Source of the DNA: Octopus sinensis
Taxonomy: Eukaryota
Direction: 5' to 3'
Length of the DNA: 27,935 bases
Assembly (NCBI RefSeq): GCF_006345805.1
Contig: NW_021827518.1
Span: 1 to 27,935 of the forward strand
Of this stretch, positions 1 through 11,008 are shown one piece after another; position 1 is the first letter of the stretch; every line of letters begins with the position of its first letter. The notes under the pieces were generated by a model, which made no database searches, had not been told where the DNA came from, and worked only from the letters and a program-made list of their open reading frames with translations. The position numbers and the translations under genes are program-made.

Positions 1-56
1 CTCCAATATTTAGTAAAAATATTGGCGTATATATTATGTGTATGTGTGTGTGTGTA

Positions 57-565
57 TCTCTTATTATAAAAGGCAGATTTTATCTGCCTCCCTTTGGAGT
101 TATGGAAATCTACAATATAGGATTTCTTCAATTACAATTTAACTAGCATTTTTAAGAGTACAATGCATCGCGTCATGCCAGGTCCAGTTTTTAAATTTAA
201 CTCCTTAAACAAAATTTACAGAAAACTCACATTCTGGTGTGTGTGTCCAAATGCTTTTCTTAGTCTGGTTTACACCACACGCAAACGCACACACACAGTG
301 GCCAACGAATAAAATGAAAGTAATTCACTTACTGTAGTGAGTGATTCTTTCACTCTGCCTCCCACTTCCTCTTTCCACACATTGACACGCAAATATATAA
401 ATAAATTGTAAGCTAACGTGCGTGTGTGTGTTGTGTGTGTGTTTGTGGGTGCGCGTTTGTGTGTGTGTGAGGGTGCGTGTGTGTGTGTGTGTGGCGTGTG
501 CGTGAGTTGGTGACAGAAAGTTTTTTACGACAAATATAAGACCTATATCCAAGTAGCAGAAAGAT
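57..565 (+). mobile_element. Non-autonomous Helitron-like element, family H1, copy 1 (5' part)
   Basis: Starts A|TCTCTTATTATAAAAG, followed by the hairpin AGGCAGAT-TTT-ATCTGCCT and an internal (GT)n. It is the reverse-complement homologue of about 12469-12985. No CTAG end seen nearby. Confidence 0.6.
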
Positions 566-825
566 AAGACAGTAAGTGTGATTGAGGGAGATTTGGCTGC
601 TATTTCTACCATGTCTAGTTGCCATGTAGGGGTCTCCCTCATAGGCTCATACATACATATATACATAGATAAGACAGTAAGTGTGATTTGGGGGGAAATT
701 TGGCTGCTATTTCTACCAGGTCTAGCTACCATGTAGAGGTCCCCCTCATTGGCTCATATTTATACATACATAAGACAGTAAGGTGTGATTTGAGTGAGAT
801 TTGGCTGCTGTTTCTACCAGGTCTG
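564..825. repeat. Tandem repeat of about 100-106 bp, about 2.6 copies
   Basis: ATAAGACAGTAAG(G)TGTGATT...TTTGGCTGCT.TTTCTACCA recurs at about 564, 670 and 770. Confidence 0.85.
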
Positions 826-891
826 TTAGGCTTCTCATGTAAACTCAAGCTTTCTCATGCTTGAACATAAGACCAAAGCAGAGAATGTATT

Positions 892-990
892 CTTTTATTC
901 TTCTGCTTTTTTCCAGCCATTGGTCTGTGGCCATGCGGGGCAATGCCTTGAAGAATTGTAGTTTAATGAATCAACTCCAGTTTTTTTTTT
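892..990 (-). mobile_element. SINE family S1, degenerate 3' tail fragment
   Basis: CAGCCATTGGTCTGTGGCCATGCGGGGCAATGCC resembles the tails at 9178-9280 and 22549-22640 (CAGTCA...CTGCGGCCATGCTGG.GCACC). Confidence 0.5.
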
Positions 991-1181
991 TGTAAGCATT
1001 GTACTTATTCTATCTGTTTCTTTGTCAAACCACTAGTGACAGGGATGTAAACAAACCAACATTCGTTGTCAAGCAGTGGTGGAGGACAATCACAAGCAGA
1101 CACGCACACACACACACATACATGCATACACATATACAACATACATACATACATACATATTATATATGTTGTATATATATA

Positions 1182-1500
1182 TTGCAGCGTGGAAGGTGTT
1201 TGTAAGCCATTTAAGAAACACAACAAAAACCGTTACATTCACTTCAACATTTAAATTTAATTTGCCAAAATATTTCGTCGCTTTCAGACCGCGACCTGTT
1301 CACTGACAAAAATATCGTGCTAACAGGTCGCGGTCTCAAAGCGATGAAATATTTTGACATTAAATTTAAATGTTGAAGTGAATCTAACGGTTTTTGTGTG
1401 TTTCTTAAATGGCTTATAAACACCTTCAACGCTGCAACTGTTTTCGTTCCAGCACACGATCTCAGATCAAGTCACTTGCTATGCAAGTACATCTCTGTAA
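1182..1500. mobile_element. Palindromic (foldback/MITE-like) element P, copy 1
   Basis: Arms 1182-1300 and 1322-1437 are near-perfect reverse complements around a 21-nt loop. A non-palindromic 63-bp tail follows (1438-1500). TA-rich flanks. Homologue at 6571-6784. Confidence 0.85.
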
Positions 1501-1598
1501 CTATATATATATTTATATATATATATATGTATATTTGGTAAAACAGTAAGATAACAAAAGAAAGAAGAGAGACCTCAATATTATGTAAATAGAGGAAA

Positions 1599-1981
1599 TC
1601 TTTACATATAAAAGTGAGGTGTGTGTCTGTCTCCTACGATTTAGATTCCTAACTACTCCCCCATTTTGCGGTGCAGTTTAACCAAAACCGGTATCTTATA
1701 GTCGTGATTCATATCGAGACCGTCTGGGTATTAGCGCGCGTCTACGATGAGTCTACGATTTAAAAAATTACCATCAATTTTTCCCATTTTTAATTCATTT
1801 TTGACATATATAAGGGAAGTAACTCTCTAAATTTATTATTAAATCTCAGAACGTAAAGCTACAGTAACACCCCTCCCCCTTTGTGGTTAGCCATATTGAG
1901 ATGGCTATTATACTTACATCTCTAAAAATGCTTATATAATTATTTCCTTACAACCCGAGCAACGCCGGGCGATACTGCTAG
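1599..1981 (+). mobile_element. Complete non-autonomous Helitron, family H2
   Basis: 5' A|TC (1599), 3' imperfect hairpin CCCGAGCAACGCCGGG (1954-1969), terminal CTAG|T (1978-1981): canonical Helitron termini and AT target. Confidence 0.9.
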
Positions 1982-2004
1982 TTATGTATATTATTAATAG
2001 TAAT

Positions 2005-2182
2005 GGTAAGACAACAAATAAATGAATGAGACCTCGATATTATGTAGAGGAGTTTATCTGTAATACAATATGTGACAATTATTCGGTCGCCATCTCGACA
2101 ATTGACGAGATGCTGGAGCAGTTTTTCCGCCCCGACACCCGAAACTCGGAGTCTTATTATGGCAACCGAATAATTACAGATA
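2005..2182. mobile_element. Small MITE-like element with inverted repeats
   Basis: AATTATTCGGTCGCCAT (2077-2093) pairs with ATGGCAACCGAATAATT (2159-2175), one mismatch. TATCTGTAAT/ATTACAGATA extends the pairing. The head (GTAAGA.AACAAA...GAGACCTC.ATATTATGTA) also occurs at about 1546-1597. Confidence 0.6.
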
Positions 2183-2225
2183 TATATTACAGATATATAT
2201 TATGTATATTAATTTATATTATATA

Positions 2226-2256
<31 letters not shown>

Positions 2257-2353
2257 ATATATATTGTATGTTTACTGCTGTGATTTTTGCTACTAAGGTA
2301 TCGGTTAAACTGTTGATTAATCTACTACAAGATTATTCATCTTTCTATTTCAC

Positions 2354-2407
<54 letters not shown>

Positions 2408-2474
2408 ATGATTGATCGCTAATCACTAAACTAAACTTTTTATTTTATTTTCACTCTCTGCTTATTTCTGAGTT

Positions 2475-2512
2475 CCTTTCTGCTGAAGAGCGTATGCTCG
2501 AAACGTAAAAGG
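2475..2512 (+). ncRNA. Penelope-type minimal type I hammerhead ribozyme variant (A6 replaced by C)
   Basis: CCUUU-CUGCUGA-A-GAGC(GUAU)GCUC-GAA-ACGU-A-AAAGG. Stem I CCUUU/AAAGG, stem II GAGC/GCUC, palindromic ACGU stem III. Confidence 0.6.
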
Positions 2513-2607
2513 CTTTCTTCTTTTCCCGGGCGTTAAACTAATACATGTGTTTGTTATCTACACACCCGTCTTCGTCTTTTTTTTTTTTGTAAATTCCAAC
2601 TATATAT

Positions 2608-2658
<51 letters not shown>

Positions 2659-2684
2659 CATATACATATACATATATATATTTG

Positions 2685-2721
<37 letters not shown>

Positions 2722-3131
2722 ATGTGTGTATATATACGTATTTATATATGCATATATATATACATGTATGTATGTGTGTATGTATGTATGTATCTATCTA
2801 CCTATCTATCTATCTCTATGTATGTACACACGCATACACACACACACTTACCCCACCACCTTCCACGCACGTATAAACCATCGATACATGTCTTTTATTA
2901 TAATTTTTGTCTATTTGCATAGGTGAAAGCTACAATTTATTTTAAAATGTCACAACTACTACTAAAAAATTGAGTTTTTACTGTGAACTTGTAATACGTG
3001 ACATATTTCGATAATGGCTGCAGTTCTGAAGAATAGCTATATTTATACATAATGTAGCGAAGGGTAATGGCGTATATAATTCTCCTGAGCGACTCATCCA
3101 AACAATTTATAATGTATTTTACTCCAATGCA

Positions 3132-3495
<364 letters not shown>

Positions 3496-3758
3496 ATGCA
3501 TGCATGTATGTACATTCACAGACGCACAGACACTCGTCAATATATACACGGATGCACACAAACATATATGCACACAAACACATACACGTTTACACATGTA
3601 TGCATAATGTTCATAAATGTATGAGGTCATTACGTATGCATGACGTCATTAAAATGGTTGATTCTGTCAAATGGGTTTTAAAAAGAAATAAATCTGAAAA
3701 AATTTGTTTAATTTTGCGTGTGTGGGTGGGAGAGTCTATATAGGTGCATGTGTGTATA

Positions 3759-3789
<31 letters not shown>

Positions 3790-4300
3790 ATACGTGTATA
3801 TTTATGTATGTATTTGTGTGTATATGCATGTGTGCGTGTGCATGCTTGTGCGCAGCTATGTATGCGTGTATACGTGTATGGAAATTACATTATTATATGG
3901 ATGTGCATATGTGTATGTAAATTGCGTATTTACATGTGAGGACCATGTGCCCGTGTGTAGACATAGATATATGCGTATATATGAGTATATGTATGAGTAA
4001 TTGTTTGTATATATGTTTGTATATAGTTGGTGCATAATATACACCTGGATTTATGGTTGTATAGCTGTGTGTCTACCCACATCGAATTGGTCTATGAACA
4101 AAGGCGTTCCATGTGTGACCATCCACATCATTATCCAATATGTCTTCTCATATTTATGCTGGTTGTGTAAGTAATTTAATGCAGAACAGGAAGTTAGTTT
4201 TTGCAGTTTGTGCAACATCTCGGGGGTCGGGTTTCCTTCCTTGTGATGTGTATATTTGAAGAGCGTTCATTTTGACGGAAGGAACTGTGTGTCGTAGAGT

Positions 4301-4363
<63 letters not shown>

Positions 4364-5289
4364 CGTTTATTTTGTGTTGTGCTTTTCCCCTTATCTTTTT
4401 TTATTATTTGTTCTTTCTCTTTGTTCAAATCGATCACTCAATATTAGTTACTATGTCGTAGATTGTAAGCTACCGACCAAATAAATTCGACGTTCAGTTT
4501 CAATCCCCGGTCGTAGATATTTCCTTATGCCACTACTATACCATTAATATACCGATAATATACAACTAATACACCGCTAATCCATTTTGGAAAACCACGA
4601 ATGCGCCCAGCTCATATTTCTCCTACCACTTACATTATAAAAACCAGTCGTCTCTTCCAATGGATACACTGACTACACTAAAAGCTTAATCCATCGCATG
4701 AGTATCTGAAGATTTACGTTTTATCTGTCTCTTGTTTTGAAATGGTAAAACTACGGTGGAGGACATTACCATTAATCGAAGTAGTTTTGTGAAAATAATA
4801 AGAAAACTTTCCAGTGTGGAAGTTGTCATCATCTCTCGTTACTAAAAGAAGTTTTGTGTTATTGGAAGACATCACGCAAACTGTGTGGAAGCCTATCAGA
4901 AGCAGAATTCTTGTTGTTGGGTGGAAGACGTAATCTGTCAGGCAGCTGGAAACAGAAGGAAGAATTACATGACCAACCCATAGTTGGAAAGAGAAGGAAT
5001 CATATGATCCATTTAAACCGAGGTATTAGAAAAACGTTTGTTATGTTTTGACATAAAGAAATCTGAAACGAGAATCTGAATCGCCATTTAAAGGTACTCA
5101 GTGATGGTCTCCTGGTATTGCAGTAGTGGTGTTCTGTTACAATCTTGGGTACCTTTTGGATTCACTCTAGTTTAACGCCACCATCTGCACCTTGGATCCC
5201 TTTTGTAGAAGACACTCTGTTGTTACCCAGAACAGCAGCAACACCTGGTCCTCGGGTGTTTTTAGTTCTCCAGTTACAACGCGACCACA

Positions 5290-5540
5290 AGCGGCATCCA
5301 AATTAGTCTTCTGGAACACACATCGTGGTGATGTAAGAAGAGGAAAATTCTGTCACACTTGATTGCAGACACTGGCCTGGAATGCATCCAGGACCTCGAG
5401 GCAATGATGATGGACCGAGAAGTGTGGCAGGTGGTCTTTGTTGCTGCGGCCCGGGTTTTAACCAGGCCATAATGATATTGATGATGATGATGATGATGAT
5501 GATGACGATGATAATAATAACAACAACAACAACAACAACG
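5290..5540 (+). mobile_element. RTE-clade (RTE-X-like) LINE 3' remnant with trinucleotide tail
   Basis: ASKLVFWNTHRGDVRRGK, then a frameshift, then LIADTGLECIQDLEAMMMDREVWQ. This resembles the RTE C-terminus (LW.P.HG.R.RGRP...DTG...M.DR..W). Followed by (GAT)n(AAT)n(AAC)n. Confidence 0.7.
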
Positions 5541-6488
5541 CAGCCACTGCTGCATCCTTGGCTGTCTTTAGCAGAGTCTACTCCATTGTTTACATTCGAG
5601 TTACGTCTCTTTTTTTCCTAACATCTTCCGAAACAACCATAAGCGTCGTCATACTCATTGTACATCATTAAAAAATGAAGACATCATTAGTAAAACGCCA
5701 CCGCAATACCAGCTTCAAATTCACCGACACTCATTAGCTTCCGCTTTACCATAATGTTCTACGGAGCAATTGCAACTTACAGCTATTACAACCAGAATTT
5801 ATAGGGCCTAGCTTACTGTTCATAAAAAATAGGGATCAGCTTAATTTACAGAGAAAACGGCGTAACTTACACGTATTTAAATGGAACAGCGTCCACAGTG
5901 TTGGTTAAATAAGCGATAATATCTTTAACGTAATGATACAGATCGGAAAAGCAAAACACGACCTGAATTGGAGACAGATGACATTGATATCATATTTGCT
6001 AAAAAAAAAAAATAGGGCAGTGGGGAAACAGGTTCAAATCGGAAAATAGAAACGGGGTGAATTGAATGTGTTAAATTATCGATTTACTCGAAAGAGACTA
6101 AATACAGACTGGTGCAAAAGTAGGTATACAGTAAGGAAAAAAATAAGGAAAACACGTACGATACTACTGTATTTCTATCAAGTATATATATATATATATA
6201 TATTATATTTAATATATGTATATTGTGTGTGTGTGTGTGTGTGTGTGTCTGTGGTGTGTGTGTTTGTGTGTGGTGTGTGTGTGGTGTGTGTGGTATGTAT
6301 TATGTATGTATGTATGTATAATAAAATTATAAATTAGGGTATCTACGAGATACCACCATGCTGAAAATAGCAGCCATGATCTGACTCTAAAACCACCTTA
6401 AGGTTTTGAAGGTTATTTTTTTCCCATGCTGACCATTGATAAATCGTTATTTTATTTTTAAATTAACGACCTTATCCTTATATATATA

Positions 6489-6529
<41 letters not shown>

Positions 6530-6532
6530 ATA

Positions 6533-6570
<38 letters not shown>

Positions 6571-6571
<1 letters not shown>

Positions 6572-6784
6572 CGGAGATGTACTTGCATTGCATGTGACCT
6601 GATCTGAGATCGTGTGCTGAAACAAAAACAATTGCAGCATGGAAGGTGTTTATAAGCCATTTAAAACCACACAAAAACCGTTAAATTCACTTCAACATTT
6701 AAATTTAATTTGTGTCTATGTTGAAGTGAATCTAACGGTTTTTGTGTGGTTTTAAATGGCTTATAAATACCTTCCATGTTGCAA
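6571..6784. mobile_element. Palindromic element P, copy 2 (tip deleted, inverted relative to copy 1)
   Basis: Tail 6571-6631 is the reverse complement of 1438-1500. Arms 6632-6698 and 6718-6784. Abuts (TA)n. Confidence 0.85.
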
Positions 6785-7115
6785 AAAAGAAATAAAATAA
6801 AAGTTATGACAAAAGTATCATTTTAGTTATGTTTTATGATTTATGACATTGCAGATATCTAAAACGAAGCTAACTAATTTAATGAGCTAATAATCTTAAT
6901 GAATTAAGTATTGTAACATTCATGTAGTACATACTGTATACCAACTTTCACACCCTCCCCCACTTGTATTCAATATACACGGTATATAGTGTGAGTATGC
7001 GCATACACATACATGCATATACAGATATGTGTGTTGTGTGTGCATGAGTGTGTGTATATATATGCATACTTTGAGATGTATGGAACAATTATGAATATAT
7101 TATTTTTCATTATTA

Positions 7116-7165
<50 letters not shown>

Positions 7166-7185
7166 TAATTGTATATGTAAGCACA

Positions 7186-7571
7186 GGCGTGGCTGTGTGG
7201 TAAGAACTTGCTTGCCAACCACATGGTTCCGGGTTCGGTCCCGCTGAGTGTCACCTTGGGCAAGTGTCTTCTACTAAAGCCACAGACTGACCAAAGCCTT
7301 GTGAGTGGATTTGATAAACAGAAACTGAAAGAAGTCCATGTATGTATATATTTGTGTGTTTGTGTCTGCGTTTGTCCAACTTACCCTACCATCGCTTGAC
7401 AACCGATGTTGGTGTGTTTACGTCCGTAGCATTAGCGGTTCGAGAAAAGACACCGATAGAATCAGTACCAGGCTTACAAAGAATAAGTTCAGGGGTCGAT
7501 ATCTTTGACTAAAAGCAGTGCTCTAGCATGGCCACAGTCAAAACGACTGAAACAAGTAAAAATAATAGAAT
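7186..7571 (+). mobile_element. tRNA-derived SINE, family S1, near full length
   Basis: Head GGCGTGGCTGTGTGGTAAG (A-box-like) and GGTTCGGTCCC (B-box-like), central (TG)n, tail CTCTAGCATGGCCACAGTC...CTGAAACAAGTAAAA. Copies at 22549-23037 and 27575-27745. Confidence 0.85.
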
Positions 7572-7614
7572 ACGTACATATGTACACACACCCACACACA
7601 CATCAAAAATGCAA

Positions 7615-7885
7615 AATGGGACTAGAACGCAAAACTTCCAGACAGGTGATACAAAAAAGGAACAACAAAACATCCAGATAGACGATACAAAGAAAACAAG
7701 GACGGGTCATTCTGAGTTTTCTTTCCTCAGTCGAGTTCCAGATTATTTTTGCAATTTAGGCTGGTTATACTCGAGATTGCTCCAATCTGGCAAGCCCCAA
7801 GGAAAAACTTAGATAAGAGCATTAGATTCCTTGGAAGAAAGCAGCGAATGTATACGAAAACAACGACGGAAAAAGAAACGGAGTA
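7615..7885 (-). repeat. Dispersed repeat family R, copy A
   Basis: Reverse complement of about 8310-8585 and about 10275-10545 (CTCGAGATTGCTCCAATCTGG core). Confidence 0.85.
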
Positions 7886-8186
7886 TGTTACACGTATATA
7901 TTTATCTAAATCTTGTACGACTCTATTTTTTCTTTCAATCTGCCCTTTCACGCTTATTTCGTTCATTCCACTCTTCGTTCTTTCGTTTCCCCTCTCTCAC
8001 ATTTCCTTACTTTCTCATCTTGCTCACTTTCCCTCCTCTTTTCACTTCACTGTGTCCTTGTCATTTTCCTCGCTCCTCCTTAATTCTTCTGTCCCTCTGC
8101 CTCTACCGCTCTCTTCTCTCCCCACGTGACCGGTGTTCGGCCAAGCCTGATCTTTCTTTCTTGGTTCAGCCGTCGTCCGTGCAACA

Positions 8187-8640
8187 TCTATATTCCTCCC
8201 TGTGCCTATGAATTCTTGTATCCCTGCCGTAAGGCTTCATTTCCACACACGCCAGCTTCGTCTTTAGTCGAAAGACACCTGTTGTTATGTTCTGTTATTT
8301 GTTTTTGTGTAACATACTCCGTTTATTTCCGTCCTTGTTTTCGTATACATTCGCTGCTTTCTTCCAAGGAATCTATTGCACTTAGCTTAGTTCTTCCTTG
8401 GGGCAGGCCAGATTGGAGCAATCTCGAGTATAACCAGCCCAAATTGCAAAGCCAATCTGGAACTCGTCTGAGGAAAGAAAACTCCGAATGACCCGTACTT
8501 GGTTTCTTTGTATCGTCTATCTGGATGCTTTGTTGTCCCTTTTTTGTATCACCTGTCTGGATGTTTTGCGTTCTTGTCCCATTTTGTATTATATATATAT
8601 ATATATATATAGCCGCGTACGTACACTTTAATCTCTTATA
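8187..8640 (+). repeat. Dispersed repeat family R, copy B
   Basis: Colinear with 10139-10595 from ATATTCCTC.CTGTGCCT to CGTACGTACACTTT..TCTCTTA. Confidence 0.85.
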
Positions 8641-8839
8641 TGTAAGTATATATAATATATATGAATATATATATATGATTATATACGATATATATATGTG
8701 TATATATATATATATATATAATATATATATAATTATATATATATATATATAAAACGTATGCATGTAGGAATCTGTATATACAAACACACACACACACTTG
8801 CACACGCATGCACACACACACACACACCACAAACACACA

Positions 8840-8874
<35 letters not shown>

Positions 8875-9177
8875 GCGCACTCACACACAAAAGCAGCGCT
8901 ACTAAACATGTTATTACATAGTTATCAAATTTCAGTGCTGAAAAATTAGAAATTTCTAGTGGTAAGAGCCGTAAAAAACCTGAAGCGAAAGCCATTCGAA
9001 CGTGAAAGAAGAACGGTAGAGAGTGTCATATTGTGAGAGGCAGGAATGATTGCATGCTGGTCTGATTTCCAACTGTTTCGCTCTGAGATCAAATGATCAA
9101 GTGCAAATACAGTGCATCTACAGCATGTGTGCAGCACGTGAAGTGCAGTCAATATCAAGAAATGTGTGTTCTTTTTT

Positions 9178-9280
9178 TCTTTTATTCTGTTACTTGTTTC
9201 AGTCATTTAACTGCGGCCATGCTGGAGCACCACCTTAATGAGTGTTACTCGAAGACATCGATCCCAGGACTTATTCTTTC
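9178..9280 (-). mobile_element. SINE S1 3' tail fragment
   Basis: TACTTGTTTCAGTCATTTAACTGCGGCCATGCTGGAGCACC is the reverse complement of the tail at 7500-7560. Confidence 0.75.
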
Positions 9281-9338
9281 TAACATTATTTACATTATTT
9301 ACATTTGACGGATATTTGTCCTCATCTTGTTTGCTGCT

Positions 9339-9384
9339 AACACAACGTTTCGGCTGATATAGCCTCCAGCCTTCATCAGGTGTC
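9339..9384 (-). ncRNA. Penelope-type minimal type I hammerhead ribozyme
   Basis: Minus strand reads GACAC-CUGAUGA-A-GGCUG(GAGGCUAUAU)CAGCC-GAA-ACGU-U-GUGUU. Intact core, stem I GACAC/GUGUU, 5-bp stem II, palindromic stem III. Confidence 0.8.
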
Positions 9385-9435
9385 TTGGGGAAATTTCGAA
9401 ACTGGGTTCTCATTCCTAAGGTGGTATTTTTCGAT

Positions 9436-9519
9436 GTTGTTGTTGTTGTTGTTGTTGTTGTTCTTCTTCTTCTTCTTCTTCTTCTTCTCTTCTTTCTTCT
9501 TCTTCTTCTTCTTCTTCTT

Positions 9520-9550
<31 letters not shown>

Positions 9551-9599
9551 TTATTCTTCTTATTTCTTGATTCTTATTATTATTATTATTATTATTATG

Positions 9600-9645
<46 letters not shown>
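9436..9645. repeat. Compound microsatellite (GTT)n(CTT)n(ATT)n
   Basis: Directly visible. Confidence 0.95.
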
Positions 9646-9705
9646 TTATTTTATTATTTCAGGTCACTGTTTGGAATCGAACTTGGAATCTTGGAATCTC
9701 CGCGT

Positions 9706-9985
9706 GGAGAAAAATGCTCAATGGACGAGGAAGCAGTCGCTAAATGTGTCGATGTATTGACCAAAATAGTTTCTGATGAAAACTGAAACAATAATCTACA
9801 ATGGAGATACGACAGAATTGCTTTGGACTTGTACAGGAAGGACACGGATAATTGAGGATGCAGAATCACCAAAAGGCTGCAAAGCATCAAAAGATTGTAT
9901 CATTGTGCTGCGCTGGGCTGCTCTAATGCTGCAAGAAGACACCGATATAGGACATTGTCAAAAGTTTATGTTCCAGAGTTTTTAA
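9706..9985 (+). pseudogene. pogo/Tigger (DDE_1) transposase fragment 1
   Basis: GEKCSMDEEAVAKCVDVLTKIVSDEN*..IYNGDTTELLWTCTGRT...KGCKASKDCIIVLRWA, then a frameshift to CSNAA. Matches the Tigger IYNADET...K..KDRITVL.CANA motif. Contains stops and frameshifts. Confidence 0.8.
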
Positions 9986-10138
9986 ATGTATGGCACATTT
10001 ATCAGTGATTTATCATGCAGATATAAAAGGTTGGCTAACAACTTACTTTACACTGGATTGGTTCGAAAATAATTCTCAATTCCAAGCAAGTGTTCAGTGT
10101 GACTTTGTTTTGGCCAGAACCTCAACTGTAAGATGAAT

Positions 10139-10595
10139 CTATATTCCTCTCTGTGCCTGTCAAATCTTATGTCCCTGCCGTAAGGCTTTACATCCACACA
10201 CACCAGATTAATTCGTCCTTAGTCGAAAGACACATGTTGTTAATGTCCTGTTATTTGTATTTGTGTAGCATTTCTCCGTTATTTTTCCGTCCTTGTTTTT
10301 GTATACATTCGCTGCTTTCTTCCAAGGAATCTAGTGCTCTTAGCTTAATTTTTCCTTTGGGCTGGCCAGATTGGAGCAATCTCGAGTATTACCAGCTGAA
10401 ATTGCAAAGATAATCTGAAACTCGACTGAGGAAAGAAAACTCCGAATGACCCATCTTTGTTTTCTTTGTACCATCTATCTGGATGTTTTGTTGTCCCTTT
10501 TTTGTATCTCCTGTCTGGACGTTTTGGGTTCATGTCCCATTTTGTATTTTTTATATATAAAAATATAACGCCGTACGTACACTTTGGTCTCTTAT
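10139..10595 (+). repeat. Dispersed repeat family R, copy C
   Basis: Colinear with 8187-8640. Confidence 0.85.
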
Positions 10596-10629
10596 ATATA
10601 TATATATATATACATACACATGTGTGTGT

Positions 10630-10810
10630 ATGTGTGTATCACCTCAACAGGCCCTATTCTCTTTGACATTACATCAAGACACATGAGAAGAAATGCATCT
10701 CATACTTTAAAACCTGGACGAATATCTCCCCAAAATTCCAGATAAACTCCTTCAACTCGGATATATGTCTGCAAACAATGGCTGTTTTCTCGAATGGGCC
10801 ACGGTGCGTA
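10630..10810 (+). mobile_element. Possible CR1/L2-group LINE 3' coding remnant
   Basis: GPILFDITSRHMRRNASH...LDEYLPKIPDKLLQLGYMSANNGCFLEW resembles the GP.LFN.LP...FK..LD..L..IPD.P..GY...N...L.W terminus. Highly decayed. Confidence 0.5.
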
Positions 10811-11008
10811 AAGGATGACGGTAATATGAAACGTCACTTAATGTCTTTTCCAAGAGGTGCTATTAGGTTACTCATGGCCTCGGTCAATTCTGGGCCAAAG
10901 CTTATCTAACTACACGCACACACACAAACATATATTTACCCACAGGCACACACTCACACGCTCACCCATACATACCTATACACATGCACACGTACGTTTA
11001 TATATATA

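Noticed and set aside
2915-3000. Splice acceptor TTGCATAG|G
   Set aside because: All three frames stop within about 55 nt, before any donor.
4700-5270. Possible coding or LINE remnant (ORF 4854-5051)
   Set aside because: No recognisable motif in the frames I translated.
7186-7260. tRNA gene
   Set aside because: A- and B-box-like motifs only, no cloverleaf, and it continues into the SINE body found in three copies.
8460-8500. Hammerhead-like CTGAGGA...CCGAATGAC in family R (also CTGCCGTAAGGCT...AGTCGAAAGAC at about 8224-8277)
   Set aside because: No convincing stem II/III or cleavage triplet in register; the core is too degenerate.
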